Of a stretch of 64,000 bases of DNA, positions 63,133-64,000 are shown piece after piece. Numbering within the stretch: the first letter of the stretch is position 1; each line of letters begins with the position of its first letter. Below the pieces are notes generated by a model, which worked only from the letters and a program-made list of their open reading frames with translations, was not told the DNA's origin and ran no database searches. This DNA is from Clostridia bacterium (GTDB taxonomy: Bacteria; Bacillota; Clostridia; Oscillospirales; CAG-272). The stretch is from assembly GCA_017456145.1 (NCBI GenBank), contig JAFTJZ010000034.1, positions 2,412-66,411 of the forward strand. Direction: 5' to 3'. The position numbers were made by a program, and so were the translations under genes.

Positions 63133-63645
63133 TCAACTTTTCTCTTTTACAGTTTTTTCAAGGATCATTTTTTTGCACTCTTCCCAAGAACCCTCTACAA
63201 AAGAGTCCTTATACAATCGCAAAGCCATATTATTGTTCATAAATATCATAACAATAGTGCTTTTCTCTTTTATTTTCTGGATATTACTGTATTTGAATTT
63301 GCTGACAGATGTATGATCCGTTAAAACAATTTCGTCTTCCAAAAATTCGGTGGTACGCATCCATTCTGTAACACCATAGGTGGTAGAATATAATTTGTAT
63401 CTTTTTAACCAAACGATAAAACGCTGAATAAAAAGCTTAAATACAGCTATTACGAACATCAAAGCATAGAGATAAACAACCATCCAATCGGTGTGCAAGA
63501 CAATAGAAAAAATCATTCCGGACACTCCAATAACACCTACAACACACCAAAGAATAAACAGAAAAATATTTGCAGCTCCGTGTATGTGGTATTCTTTAGC
63601 CCATGATCTCATTAAATCTTTTGTGATTTTATACTCGTTTTTCAT
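63133..63645 (-). CDS. YcxB-like membrane protein (170 aa), AT-rich
   Basis: Two central TM helices (IFLFILWCVVGVIGVSGMIFSIV, VVYLYALMFVIAVF) are followed by a soluble C-terminal domain. The family call is tentative. Confidence 0.6.
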   Translation of the reverse strand: MKNEYKITKDLMRSWAKEYHIHGAANIFLFILWCVVGVIGVSGMIFSIVLHTDWMVVYLYALMFVIAVFKLFIQRFIVWLKRYKLYSTTYGVTEWMRTTEFLEDEIVLTDHTSVSKFKYSNIQKIKEKSTIVMIFMNNNMALRLYKDSFVEGSWEECKKMILEKTVKEKS

Positions 63646-64000
63646 TTCGTGTTCTCCTTCGCCGTATTGATAGAAGATATAAGCATTACTCTAATACTTG
63701 TGCAAGCGGAATCAAGCGTTTTATATTCGTTTTCAGCAATGTAATTTGTTTTAATATAGAAGTTCTAACCAATATCCCGTTTCGTTTGTTTCCTTGAGTG
63801 CTATTTGAAGTTTGGCGATAAAATCTGCTTTACCATGTGCATATTGCGTTTCACGGATGTTGGCACCAATTGACGTGCCACTTCTGCCGATTTGATTGGA
63901 TATTATAGGCTCCCGCTTTTCTTTGAGTGATTTTACAAAATTTATAATTTGGACTGCAAATTCCATAGATTGCGTGCGAAGTTTTGACTCGGACAAGATA
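63642..64000 (-). pseudogene. Four-helix-bundle protein (TIGR02436-like) gene, frameshifted; start at or beyond the right window edge
   Basis: ORF 63751..63996 ends ...IGRSGTSIGANIRE...ALKETNETGYWLELLY*. The expected C-terminus (IKTNYIAENEYKTLDSACTSIRVMLISSINTAKENTK*) continues in another frame down to 63642, overlapping the ycxB-like ATG. The frameshift is near 63751..63760. Confidence 0.5.

Overview
This is a GC-rich (roughly 55-60% by eye, not computed) Firmicutes/Clostridia-type chromosomal segment. That assignment is inferred from spoIVB, soj-spo0J, Bacillus-type parS sites and TTGACA-17-TATAAT promoters. The right third holds the conserved partition block mnmG-rsmG-noc-(4x parS)-soj-spo0J-serS. 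The rest mixes housekeeping genes (cca, spoIVB, an ABC-F ATPase, acyl-ACP thioesterase) with many small regulators: XRE, ArsR/DUF2087, AraC, two MarR, an ECF sigma/anti-sigma pair, an atypical LytTR regulator and three HTH-TPR paralogues. It also carries two ABC exporter pairs, carbohydrate-active enzymes (GH31, heparinase II/III-like, GxGYxYP) and three giant surface proteins of 1116, 1366 and 1414 aa. The left edge is the start of a heavy-metal P-type ATPase gene that the ORF track missed. The most interesting signals are non-coding. (1) A modular multi-hairpin repeat family has at least 11 intergenic copies, and identical copies bracket accessory cassettes. (2) A tRNA-Glu(CUC) gene is trailed by two paralogous ~105-nt structured modules that reuse the tRNA 3' end, each with its own terminator, and this array abuts an AT-rich ABC/regulator island. 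(3) A 36-codon micro-gene or sRNA has a perfect consensus promoter, an SD and a strong terminator. (4) One ABC gene carries an A9 homopolymer frameshift. No rRNA, CRISPR array, transposase or integrase was seen.
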